DNA of 64,000 nucleotides from Chrysomallon squamiferum (Eukaryota; Animalia; Mollusca): NCBI GenBank assembly GCA_012295275.1, contig CM022667.1, positions 2,542,001 to 2,606,000 of the forward strand, read 5' to 3'. Shown piece by piece: positions 45,188 to 55,981 of this stretch (position 1 is its first letter; each line of letters starts with the position of its first letter). The notes under the pieces were generated by a model. It saw only the letters and a program-made list of their open reading frames with translations, ran no database searches and was not told where the DNA came from. The position numbers and the translations under genes were made by a program.

Positions 45188-45873
45188 TATGTTGTTTGTT
45201 TGATTGTTTTGTTTGTTTGTTTTTTTATTGTTTTTCTGTTGTTTTTGCTTTTTGTGTTTTTTTATTTTTATTGTTGTATTAAACCAAGTATAAACACAGG
45301 TAGAATGTACGCACTTATATATTCATATAACATACACGCACACATACACCTACACACATATAAACATATGCTTACATATATACATACAGCCACACAATGA
45401 TACATTATACACCAACAGAGATGAATAAATACACATATACAGAAACACAATTGATATAAAGCAGAATATACAGAGACCAAATTCATACATACATATGCCT
45501 ACATAATGCATGCATGCATGCATGCAAATTAAAAATACATATGTACATACACACATATATATATATTTCTTTTTCTTTATCTACATATTTTTTATTCAAT
45601 GTCTGTCTGTTTGTTGTTTGTTTGCTTTTATATTTCATTTTTTTCTTTTTTTTTTTCTTTTATTTGTTTATTAGGTTTATTTTAAATGTCTTTAGTATTT
45701 ATTTATTTACTTTTTAATACTAATTTCCTTAATTTTTGGTTTAATTTGACAATCAGTTTATTATTATTAGTTTTTATTTAATTATTTATTATTACCATTT
45801 TTGTTGTTGTTAAATATCAATGCTGTTAACATAAAGTAACACTAATCATTTATAGTTTCTGTTGATCAGATCA

Positions 45874-45875
<2 letters not shown>

Positions 45876-45943
<68 letters not shown>
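45876..45943. repeat. Perfect 68-bp palindrome (AAT)n(ATT)n
   Basis: (AAT)11 abuts (ATT)n at the AATATT centre 45909/45910. Confidence 0.85.
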
Positions 45944-45947
<4 letters not shown>

Positions 45948-46030
45948 AGTTGTTGTTGTTGTTATTATTGATTATTAGTTCTACTAGTGTATTTGATAGT
46001 AAATAATATTGCTACAACTACTACTAACAC

Positions 46031-46111
<81 letters not shown>

Positions 46112-46522
46112 GTATGTGTCTAAACAGATACGTAAACACATGCATACAAATAGGAAGCGATATTAAAAATAAACCTAACAAATCGATAAACGATAAAGAT
46201 ATATCGTCCTGAGAATGGATTATTGTTATATAAACTGGGCTAATAACTATCATGCGGGATCGCACGTACGCATTTTAAAGCTTTGCACACAGAATTATAT
46301 AACGCCAGGTATAACTGAAAATGCATAATTTCTTTTTTCCATGTTTTTAAAGTAGCCTTGTCGAATTTCACGTCTGCGGCAAATAAATCTTTCTTCGTCT
46401 GCTTCCTTTCCCGCCTTACCTCTAAGATGAATTCATTTCAGACGCAAGCCGTTTGATAGGTTGGTTCGCTGTTGCCATGCAAACAGAGAGGCTCGTAAAA
46501 AACGTATATATCCTTACATATC

Positions 46523-46587
<65 letters not shown>

Positions 46588-47061
46588 AATATTATAAATT
46601 ACACAAGGAAAACTAAAATTCGTCTCTATCGGGCTTTCGTCGAAAGCTCATAAATGGGTCTTGCAGTTAAAGTTGTTAATATTTGGTGTAGAGGTAAAGG
46701 GAAATTGTAATAATAATATTTAATTTAATAATAATAATAATAATGATGATGATGATGATATGGATGACATGAACCTATTTCCAACACTATTCCTTTTTTT
46801 TTTAACATAGAAGCCTAAATGTCATTTCACTTGTATATCATAAATAATTCTATACCATGTGACAACTAAAAGAAATGTCTACAATGATGGCGGGTAATCG
46901 ATTTGCCTATCTTCGAAATAATCATTTATTTTTCGAGAGACAGGCAATCGGAAACAACAAATGAGATCTTGACCTTCACCTTCAGTAATTCTCGTTCTAA
47001 CCAGTTCAGATACCATCATTATCAGAATTGTTTTAGGAGGGAATTGCAGAGGTGATGATAG

Positions 47062-47096
<35 letters not shown>

Positions 47097-47389
47097 AATA
47101 ATTATAATATAATATAATATAATATAATATAATATAATATAGCATAACATAACATAAAATAACATAAATAAATAATATCTGTTGGTTAAAACATACCATC
47201 ATCATCCTCATCATCCTCAATACTATTGTATCAAGAATAAGATCATGAATTACAGCAACTGCAACTAACCACAAGAATAACAGCAGCAGCAAAACAACAG
47301 TAATAATAATGATGATGATGACAATAAAGAAAGATTATCATGATAATAGTAACACTATATCGTAAATAAATTAATAGGCAAAAAAATAA

Positions 47390-47403
<14 letters not shown>

Positions 47404-47484
<81 letters not shown>
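47404..47484. repeat. (AG)n microsatellite (similar tracts at 36338-36387, 46033-46107, 52707-52770)
   Basis: Directly visible. Confidence 0.95.
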
Positions 47485-47487
<3 letters not shown>

Positions 47488-47699
47488 GCACTCTATGAAC
47501 TAAAATAATAATGAATGAATAACTCTATGAACTGTACTTTGATTCACCTTCCACCATGGACCCCCACAGCATGTACACGTCAGCACTCAGTGCACGTTGA
47601 CAGTGGGTGCAGCATGAAGGTGACGACATTTGGTGACGAGTGATACGTGTGCATCCGTTAATAAATAACAACAAAACAACAACAGTAATAATAATGATG

Positions 47700-47765
47700 A
47701 AGCCACCCGATGAAATAAAAACTGTATTTGAAATCCCATTTCACGCATTCCTTTTTAAAACTGAC
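47700..47765 (+). pseudogene. Inverted fragment of a third NUDT7-like copy
   Basis: Translates to KPPDEIKTVFEIPFHAFLFKTD versus KPNPDEIKTVFQIPLHAFVLRTD in the 49.7 kb paralog, on the opposite strand. Confidence 0.75.
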
Positions 47766-48434
47766 AAAATGATGATAATAATAATAATAGCAACAACAAC
47801 CACTACAACAACAACAACAATAATAATAACAATATAATAATAATAATAATAATAATAACAATAAATAATAAATAAAATAAATAAATAAATAAATAAATAA
47901 AAAAAATATATTAATAAAAAAAAAAAAAAAAGAAACAGTTTTCCTAATAATACAATTATAGACATATTATACTATTCTGATGTAACCTGTGTTTGTAAAT
48001 AAATTATAACAGAACAACAACAGTAATAATAATGATGACGACAACAACGACAATAAATAAATAAATAAATAAGAAAATCAAAAATTATCCTTTTTTCTTT
48101 CTTTTTTTCCCCCAAATAATGCATTAATAGATGTTTTATACCATTATTTATTTATACATTTTGAAAAACTTATATCTATTGATTTTTCTTTCTTTCTAAT
48201 AAAAATAAAATATAATAGTGTGTTAAAACTGAAACGTTTTATATGAAATGAGAAAAAAAAAAGAAGACACATAAAAAGAAAGACATGTGTTACATAATTT
48301 TACGAGGTATTTATTGAATAATTTATAAATTATTCGCTGTTTCTTACTATGAAAGAACAATAATTTTCAACCATATGAAATGTGGGAGGGGGAATAATTT
48401 AAAATAAATCAATAAGTCAATAAATAAATACATA

Positions 48435-48483
<49 letters not shown>

Positions 48484-49164
48484 TTAATAATAACAACAAC
48501 ATTAATAATAATATTGCAAAGGAACTAACACCGAAAAAAAACCAATAGTCTTTATTGTTCAGAGTTATTTCCCTTCATAATTAACGATCAGTCCCGAAAT
48601 GTTTATATTAAATGTAAAGAACAGAAACAAAGGAGCGGTAGAATAATAATAACAACAACAACAACAACAACAATAACAATCACAATGAATTAATAATAAA
48701 ATGTTTTTTTTTTTTTTTTAAAGTGAAATAATTGTAACAATAATTATTAAAATAGATAAATAAACAAGTAATATAGTTAAATAAAACTGCACTATTTCCA
48801 TTGCACTTACAGGTGGTATGTCAAAAGATATTAGTAAAAAAGAATAAATTTCTATAAAACTTTGTAGACATGTTGTGAATATGTATGCAAAAACAAAACA
48901 GTTTCTTGTTTCTCAGTTTCAGGTTTAGCAGTGGGATGTATTTTATATACAAGTTTATCACTCGGTGAACGAGTGAGAGGGTGTGAAAAAAATTAACGTC
49001 CTTATCACAGAAACCTTTTGTGAATCACGACTATGACCAATGCAGGCGGTGCGACTCTCAGGAAAGAGAAGAACGTGTTTCATCTTTAGATAAATGATCG
49101 TGAAAAACCGGGTGACAAGGAGTGTTAACCGAAATAAAAATTTCAATAATAATAAATAAACAGA

Positions 49165-49204
<40 letters not shown>

Positions 49205-49281
49205 AACTACTATAACAACAACAACGACAATAATAAAAACATTAAAGGTTTTAATAAGACTCAAAAACATTTATTGATTAA

Positions 49282-49328
<47 letters not shown>

Positions 49329-49465
49329 CAAGTATTATAAATTTCAATTATTATACATGATTACACCTGAAAAACATATTTCATGAAAAGTTGCGTAACT
49401 TACTTAACATGGGAACAAAATAACGTCGACAAGATGAAAACTAGTGAACAAAAAAATATCAGTGT

Positions 49466-50116
49466 TCACATTCGTGATTTTACGCTTTGTGAAAAATAAT
49501 GAAAACAAAATCTTCTCTCGCCAAAGACGTCCTTGGATGTTACGACTCCTGGGTAAGCGTTGTCTACTAGAAAAGCTGTAATCATACAAACAAAGGCGGT
49601 GAAGCCCCAAATGTCTATCTTAGTACCATTCACCACACTGTGCAGAACAGGGGTAACGACATTAACACCAAAACAGTTCCAGTACTGTGCGTCAGTTCTG
49701 AGGACGAACGCGTGAAGTGGAATTTGAAAGACAGTTTTTATTTCATCTGGGTTCGGTTTCGCAATGAAATTATCGGGAATGACTGCAACCACTGGGAAGA
49801 CAATGAACCCAGGCAGTACCAAACTGGGATCGAGGACCGCTAAAACTGTGATGTCACTTCCGGAAAGGCCAATCTCTTCTTCCGCTTCCCTCAGGGCGGT
49901 GGCCACTTCGTTCAGATCCGATCGATCTCTCGTTTGAAAGCGGACAGTTAGCAGCACGCGCTACTGTCCGTCCTTGAGGAAAATTGGGATTAGAACACTG
50001 GATCGCTTTAAGTGTGGATAGAGCGACAGTGGATATTTCTCATTCATGAACTTTCTTATGTCGTGTTTCTGAAATCTCTGACGAACTGTCTCAACATAAT
50101 CACCTTTTGAAGACAT
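49466..50116 (-). pseudogene. NUDT7-like paralog, disabled
   Basis: ATG at 50116 (MSSKGDYVETVRQRFQKHDIRKFMNEKYPLSLYPHLKRSSVLIPIFLKDGQ*RVLLTVR) aligns to the intact copy. There is an in-frame TAG at 49963-49961 where the intact copy has Trp (TGG), and a 14-codon in-frame loss of the NuCoA motif (LTVR-FQTR-DRSD). It keeps ALREAEEEIGL, IWGFTA and the C-terminal SRM. Confidence 0.85.
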
Positions 50117-50941
50117 CAGAACTATTTATAAGAGAATGCAAAATAAATAACAACAACAATAACAACAGCATTAATAATAATATTTTTAAAAAAATTGTCT
50201 TCAACACATAAAATAAATTTCAAAAAAATATATGAATTAGCTAAATCAGTTTTATCTGATGCCACAAATGTGTACTCAGCAACAACTGTTACAATTATTT
50301 ATTATATCAAAATGATGAGTAGTCTACGTATTATTAAACTGGTCTTTTTAAAGAATACTAATTAGTTTTATTTGAACAGATGCCAAAATATTTTACGCAA
50401 CAACAACAACTACAACTGCTAGAACTGGTAATAACATCAGAATGACAAGAAGGCTGCTAAATATTAAACTGGTTACTTTAAATAACATGAATTAACTTTG
50501 TTTCAGTTGATGCCATAATAATATTACATTCAAGAACTAAATAGAAAACCCATCAAAATCATGTGGATAAACGTTAATATAAAACAATATGTGATTTACA
50601 TGTCCCTAAGTATTTTCTTCTCATAAATTACCTAAAAGTTGTATGACATAATTTATTTTCTCTTTCTAAATGTAATAATTATGCACATAATGAAGGAGTA
50701 AAAAAATACACGTTGAAGTGTATTTAAAATATTATTCAAATAAATTAGGGGTTATTGTTATTGTTGTTATTTATTTTAACCGTAATGAACAATAAGAATA
50801 ACATCATATTAAAATATATTTACCCTGCTTTTACATAAAAGTAGGTGCGATAAAAATATCATTAATAAATTTAACATATATATATATACATATATATATA
50901 TTCATTTTTTTTTAGTATAACAATAAATGACAGTTATTACA

Positions 50942-51664
50942 TTAAAGATGAGATACAACATTCTGACACAAGAGGTGAAAGCTAGGTTTAAAATCGCCAA
51001 AAATGTCGTCATCCGATGCTGTCGACTGTTTTAGAATGCGTAGCCTCTTCTTGATGTCGAATACAATCAGGGCAGCGGCCATACACACCGTAGCAGTGAA
51101 ACCCCACACGCTGGTAGCTACGTTATCAACGACAGTGGGAAAATAGAAAATATTGAAATCAGTCCCAAACATGCGCCATGACTGAACGTCCGTACAGTTG
51201 ACGAACGTCTCCAGCGGCAGATCAAAGATGCTGGACACTTCGTCTTTGTTTATCTTAGGAACAAAAGTGCGGTTAACATGGGCCACAACAGAGAAAACTA
51301 TATTTCCTGGTCGGACGAAAAAAGGTGGAAACACGGCTAAAACTGTTACGTCATGTCTGGATAGACCAATCTCTTCCTCTGCCTCCCTCAATGCCGTGAT
51401 AGTTACGTCTGCGTCCGATTCATCCTTGACCCCTCCAGGAAAGGCCACGCTTCCGGAGTGATTTTTCAAGTTAGTTGAGCGTACAGTTAACAAGACGCGC
51501 CATTTTCCTGCCCTGAAGAATATGGGAACGAGAACGCTGGATCTCTTTAAAGGAGGATAAAGGGATTCTGGGTACTCGTCCTTAATAGTGCTGCTTATGT
51601 CGTATTGTTTAAATTTTTCTTGTAAAGTCCTTCCTTCTTCGATGGTTTCACTTTGTGATGACAT
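50942..51664 (-). CDS. NUDT7: Peroxisomal coenzyme A diphosphatase NUDT7-like Nudix hydrolase, 240 aa, single coding exon
   Basis: CoA-diphosphatase (NuCoA/UPF0035) motif LLTVRSTNLKNHSGSVAFPGG, Nudix box GGVKDESDADVTITALREAEEEIGL, VWGFTA motif and C-terminal PTS1 tripeptide SHL. An acceptor TTCTAG directly precedes the ATG; a probable 5' UTR exon ends at the donor GTAAGT at 52499/52498. Confidence 0.9.
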   Translation of the reverse strand: MSSQSETIEEGRTLQEKFKQYDISSTIKDEYPESLYPPLKRSSVLVPIFFRAGKWRVLLTVRSTNLKNHSGSVAFPGGVKDESDADVTITALREAEEEIGLSRHDVTVLAVFPPFFVRPGNIVFSVVAHVNRTFVPKINKDEVSSIFDLPLETFVNCTDVQSWRMFGTDFNIFYFPTVVDNVATSVWGFTATVCMAAALIVFDIKKRLRILKQSTASDDDIFGDFKPSFHLLCQNVVSHL

Positions 51665-52705
51665 CTAGAAACAGAGCGAATTAATGAATATATTTGTTTA
51701 TGTAAATCCCACTGATTCTGGCCGTTATTATGTTTTTAAAAATGTGTGTATGTGTGATTTTGTGTGTGTTATAATAATCCCTGAAAGATACATGAAGCAA
51801 TATCTGATATTATTATTAATCTCATTATTATTATCATCATCATCATCGTCATCATCATTTAATACCCGTATAAGCTATTTATACCTATTTAAAATAGGTC
51901 TGTGCAACGTGTTGATTCTGGATTATAATCAATACCAAGTACAAACTCTGTAAATTGGTCCTTATATGGTAGAACAGACGTGCACAAGATCTAGATTATT
52001 TGAATTAAAATCGAGCTTAACAACTACAAAAACAATATCTTCACGACAAAGCTCTCGAATATTTTAAACAGTTCGCCATTTTCCGACAATGGTCCGATAA
52101 AGCCATTTCACATCACCTGACACATAATATAATGACAGGTTTATGCATGAAAGCAGCTTCTCCAAATTCAGAAAATAATCAGTCATCTATCAGACAATAT
52201 TTATTTATTTATTGACATACTTACTTATTTATTTATATACGTTTTATTTGGATTTTTATAAAAAAAAAAAAAAAAAATAATAATAATAATAATAATAAAA
52301 TGAAATTCTAGACATTGTGGTGGAATTTACATGCGGACAACAGTAATTGTTCGACGCCAGTAAATAATAGTTATTGGTAAACAAATTAAAATAAAAACTA
52401 ATTATAAACAGCCTCATATCCCAATCCCTCAGCAAGTGTTATACAAATCATAATCACCTGTCAGAAGTTACAATTTCGGCAATGTTTATACAACTTACGG
52501 TCTTTGCCAGTAAAAATAGGAAAGTTCAAGGTCGAAACGGGAGGTTTTAAAATGCGGAAGGTCTGCAGGAGAGCAATTTAGTACGGCCGAGCTGAAGTGA
52601 ATAACGTTTACAAGCTTAACTATGCATTATTGTTTTCGTTGAAATGGGTGGATGGTCGAATAATGAATAAAACAAAATTATGCGTGTATGTGTGTGTGTT
52701 TGTGT

Positions 52706-52777
<72 letters not shown>

Positions 52778-53317
52778 ACGATTACTTCCCACTTACAATA
52801 AAATAATTTAAAAAATGGACTGAACAATAAAATATAAATACATAAATAAATAATTAATTAAATGGGGAGAAAGGACAAAAAGGAAAGAAATGACAAAAAT
52901 ACAGAAAAACAACAAAAAGAAATGAATAGGAAAATGAACAAAAAGGGACTTGATTATCATAAATATTAAAATGTATATAACAATAAAATTAAATTAAATT
53001 ATACATTTCTTTTAAATTTTATAAACTGGTGACGAATGTTAAAAATAATAATAAAAAACACAATAAAGACTACGATTATAATTTTAAGTGTTAAATTGTC
53101 TGCATTTGGTGTTAAATTGTTTGCATTAAGTGAAAAGAACACACACAAAAAAAACAATAACAACAATAACGAAATAAAAAAATTACTCCACCATGAAAAA
53201 AATAATAAACTAAATAAATACCGAACAAAACAAATAAACAGCAATAAAAAACAAAATTTAAATAAATAAACAAAAACTAACAGAAAAACAAACAATATAA
53301 AAATAAACTTCACTACA

Positions 53318-53360
53318 GCAACGTCATCATTATTATGACGTCATATATAATCGGAAGTAA
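53318..53360 (+). promoter_or_regulatory. Putative promoter of knottin copy A: CRE half-site, perfect CRE, TATA-like box, ETS site
   Basis: ACGTCA 53321-53326, TGACGTCA 53336-53343, TATATAA immediately after, CGGAAGT 53352-53358. The same block is retained upstream of copy B. Confidence 0.5.
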
Positions 53361-53494
53361 AAGGTAATTTTCACATTGTGGAAAATGTATCTAATTAAAA
53401 TTTACCGTAACTGAGTAATAACAACAAAAATTATATTTGTTTGTATATTATTTCATGTTTAACGGTGAAACTAAATTACTTTCAGTTAGTCATA

Positions 53495-54162
53495 ATGCAG
53501 TGTTTGCCTGTTTACTTGTTGTTTTCGTTAGCTGTGACAGATTCAGCAAACCTATATGTAAGTCATTATTTATTATATTATACAACACTATACTATACAG
53601 TACACTATCTGCATTACACTACACTTCACTAATACTGCATTGCACTACACTGCACCATACTAGATTACACAGCGACAGTACTGAGCGCTATATTAACTTT
53701 ACAACATATAACATCACAGTACATCCCACCAACCATACAACAACAACATTACATTATACCATACTAAACTAACTCAACTATACTACAGTATAAAACATTA
53801 CACTAAACATTATACTATACTATATAAAGTACTATACTATACAATACAATATAAATTACACTAAACTACACTATGATATATTACACGTTACTATGCTACG
53901 CTGTATTATATCGCTGTATTTTAATGCTATGCTGTGCTAGCTGACATTGGAATATAACCATCAATATGTTTTATTTACAGTGTCACGTACATGGTCAGCG
54001 TTGTGAAATGGGTGATTGTTGTGCGGGCTTGACGTGTGTTCGAAGTGATTTTGGGGGATTCACGTGTGGTAAACGTGGGGTTAGTGTTGTTGTCTGTCAG
54101 CGGTCGGTTCGGTATATTGGTACATACAGACACACACACGTACACAAACACCACACACACGT

Positions 54163-54193
<31 letters not shown>

Positions 54194-54437
54194 CCACACA
54201 CGCGTACATACACACACGTACACAAACACCACACACACGTACACACACACAAATTGTTGGTCTCGTTGTTTTTGCTCCTCAGTGGGTGCCATATGTCCGA
54301 GCCTTGTCAGCGGCATCTGACAGGATTTCTGAGATCTTGAATGGACTTTGTCCTCCTATGCGTTCCCGAATATTATCTAGGTGCAATCTCTAATCAGACG
54401 TACTTAAGACAACAGGATATTCATTCCTAAACACACA

Positions 54438-54499
<62 letters not shown>

Positions 54500-54736
54500 G
54501 CTACACTGTCTATGGGAAGGACCTTAATAAATAATCATTGCCTGCTAATCGTCATGTTAATGAATAGTGTTTCTTTTCATTATCCCTTCGGTCCTTAGGT
54601 ATATCTGCGGATTACATTAAATGTTCTTTTCTTTCAGTGTATCAGACCTGGTGAGAAGTGTAAACTACACGGGTATCGCAAATGCTGCAGAACAATTTGC
54701 CAGATGACAGACGTTGAAGGTCGCTTGTGTCTATGA
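53495..54736 (+). CDS. Secreted double-knottin (tandem ICK, conotoxin-like) precursor, copy A, 86 aa
   Basis: Exons 53495-53557 (MQCLPVYLLFSLAVTDSANLY, signal peptide; donor GTAAGT), 53981-54079 (CHVHGQRCEMGDCCAGLTCVRSDFGGFTCGKRG; TTTACAG acceptor, GTTAGT donor) and 54638-54736 (CIRPGEKCKLHGYRKCCRTICQMTDVEGRLCL*; TTTCAG acceptor). Both introns are phase 0 and both domains are C-C-CC-C-C. The exon structure is conserved in copy B. Confidence 0.85.
53578..53900. repeat. Degenerate pentamer array (ACTAY/ACTAC) in the knottin copy A intron; paralogous array at ~56070-56230
   Basis: Directly visible in both duplicated units. Confidence 0.75.
54495..54612 (+). mobile_element. Degenerate SINE fragment (Nin/Deu-domain-like) in the last intron of knottin copy A
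   Basis: CTACACTGTCTATGGGAAGG...TTGCCTGCTAATCG...GGTCCTTA resembles the recalled Nin-domain core CTATCCTGTCTGTGGGATGG...TTGCTGCTAATCG; absent from copy B. The match is from memory, not a search. Confidence 0.45.
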
Positions 54737-55760
54737 TGAAGAAAAAAATAATAGGAACACAGTAGAACATTTGTACTGATAACATCGCTTGAGCGAATAT
54801 TTTAAGTAATTAATAATTTAGATAGAATGTGTTTGTAAAAGATAACAGTTACTTTAATATAACCGAAATAATATATATTTTTGGTGAAAGATACAAAATT
54901 AATTTTGAAAATTAGCTTAATTTTCTGTTGAATTTTAACATATTTTACACTTTAAATAATTTATCTTATCTGGATATAAGAAATAACAATTGTTGTAAAT
55001 TAACTGAAACCGTATATTTTTGGTGGTGTGATAAAGAATTTATTTTTAATAACGTTATTAAAATTCTTTGATCTTTAACCTATTTTCCATTTGTAGACTA
55101 CTTCACTGTCAATAGTTTATTGATTTAACTGTAAACAATATTTTTAATGATTTATTAAATTCAGTTTATAACTAATATCAGAAATGTTGGGTTTTTTATT
55201 TTTATTTTTTATATTATATAAATTAAATTTTTATTTTAATGCTTCCCCATTTAGACTGATATATAAGAAGCCTTCAGTTCCAGGGACTTAGGTTTTCTCT
55301 GTCACCTCTTCGCCACTATCAATGCATATAACTGAGGAAGGCCTAGAGTATAAATAAATAAAATGGAAAATAAAGGACAAAAATTAAACAAAAATAAATG
55401 CAAAGAAAAATCAACCACAAAGTTACATGCTTATCATATTTATAAAAATGTATAAAAGAATAAAATAAAATTTCTTTTATATATTCATAAACTGGTGAAG
55501 AACATTAAAAAAAAAGATAATAATAATAAAATAAAGGCACACATTATAATTTAAATTGTTTGCATTAAGTGATGAAAAACAACAATAACAACAAACACGA
55601 AAAAAAAAATTACTTCACCATGTCAAAATAATATATAAATAAAATAAATAACGAAAAAAAAACCCCAAATAAACAACAACAATAAAAAAAATAAAAATAA
55701 AAATAAAACCAAACAAAAACTAACAGAAAAACAAACAATATAAAAATAAACTTGACTACA

Positions 55761-55801
55761 GCAACGTCATCACTATTATGACGTCATACATAATCGGAAG
55801 G
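55761..55801 (+). promoter_or_regulatory. Putative promoter of knottin copy B
   Basis: GCAACGTCA...TGACGTCA (55779-55786) followed by TACATAAT and CGGAAG; paralogous to the copy A block. Confidence 0.5.
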
Positions 55802-55981
55802 AGAAAGGTAATTTTCTCATTCTCGAAAATGCATTTATCTAAAAATTTAACGTAAACTGAGTAATAACAACTAAATTTCATTTACTTATTTCTAAGAATA
55901 GGATACCTTGACAAAAAATCTATATATTTCTATATTATTTCATGTCTAACGGTGAAATTTAATTACTTTCAGTTAGTCATA

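Noticed and set aside
42833-47491. Poly-I, poly-N, (SL)n, (RE)n and (CV)n ORFs
   Set aside because: All derive from AAT, CT, AG or GT microsatellites.
53966-54340. 124-aa ORF as a single-exon protein
   Set aside because: Only 53981-54079 is exon. The rest reads through a GTTAGT donor into CA-repeat intron and is not conserved in copy B.
54283-54393. Possible extra in-frame exon after CTCCTCAG in the knottin A intron (WVPYVRALSAASDRISE...)
   Set aside because: Absent from copy B, lacks the Cys framework and lies among repeat-derived DNA; no support without RNA data.
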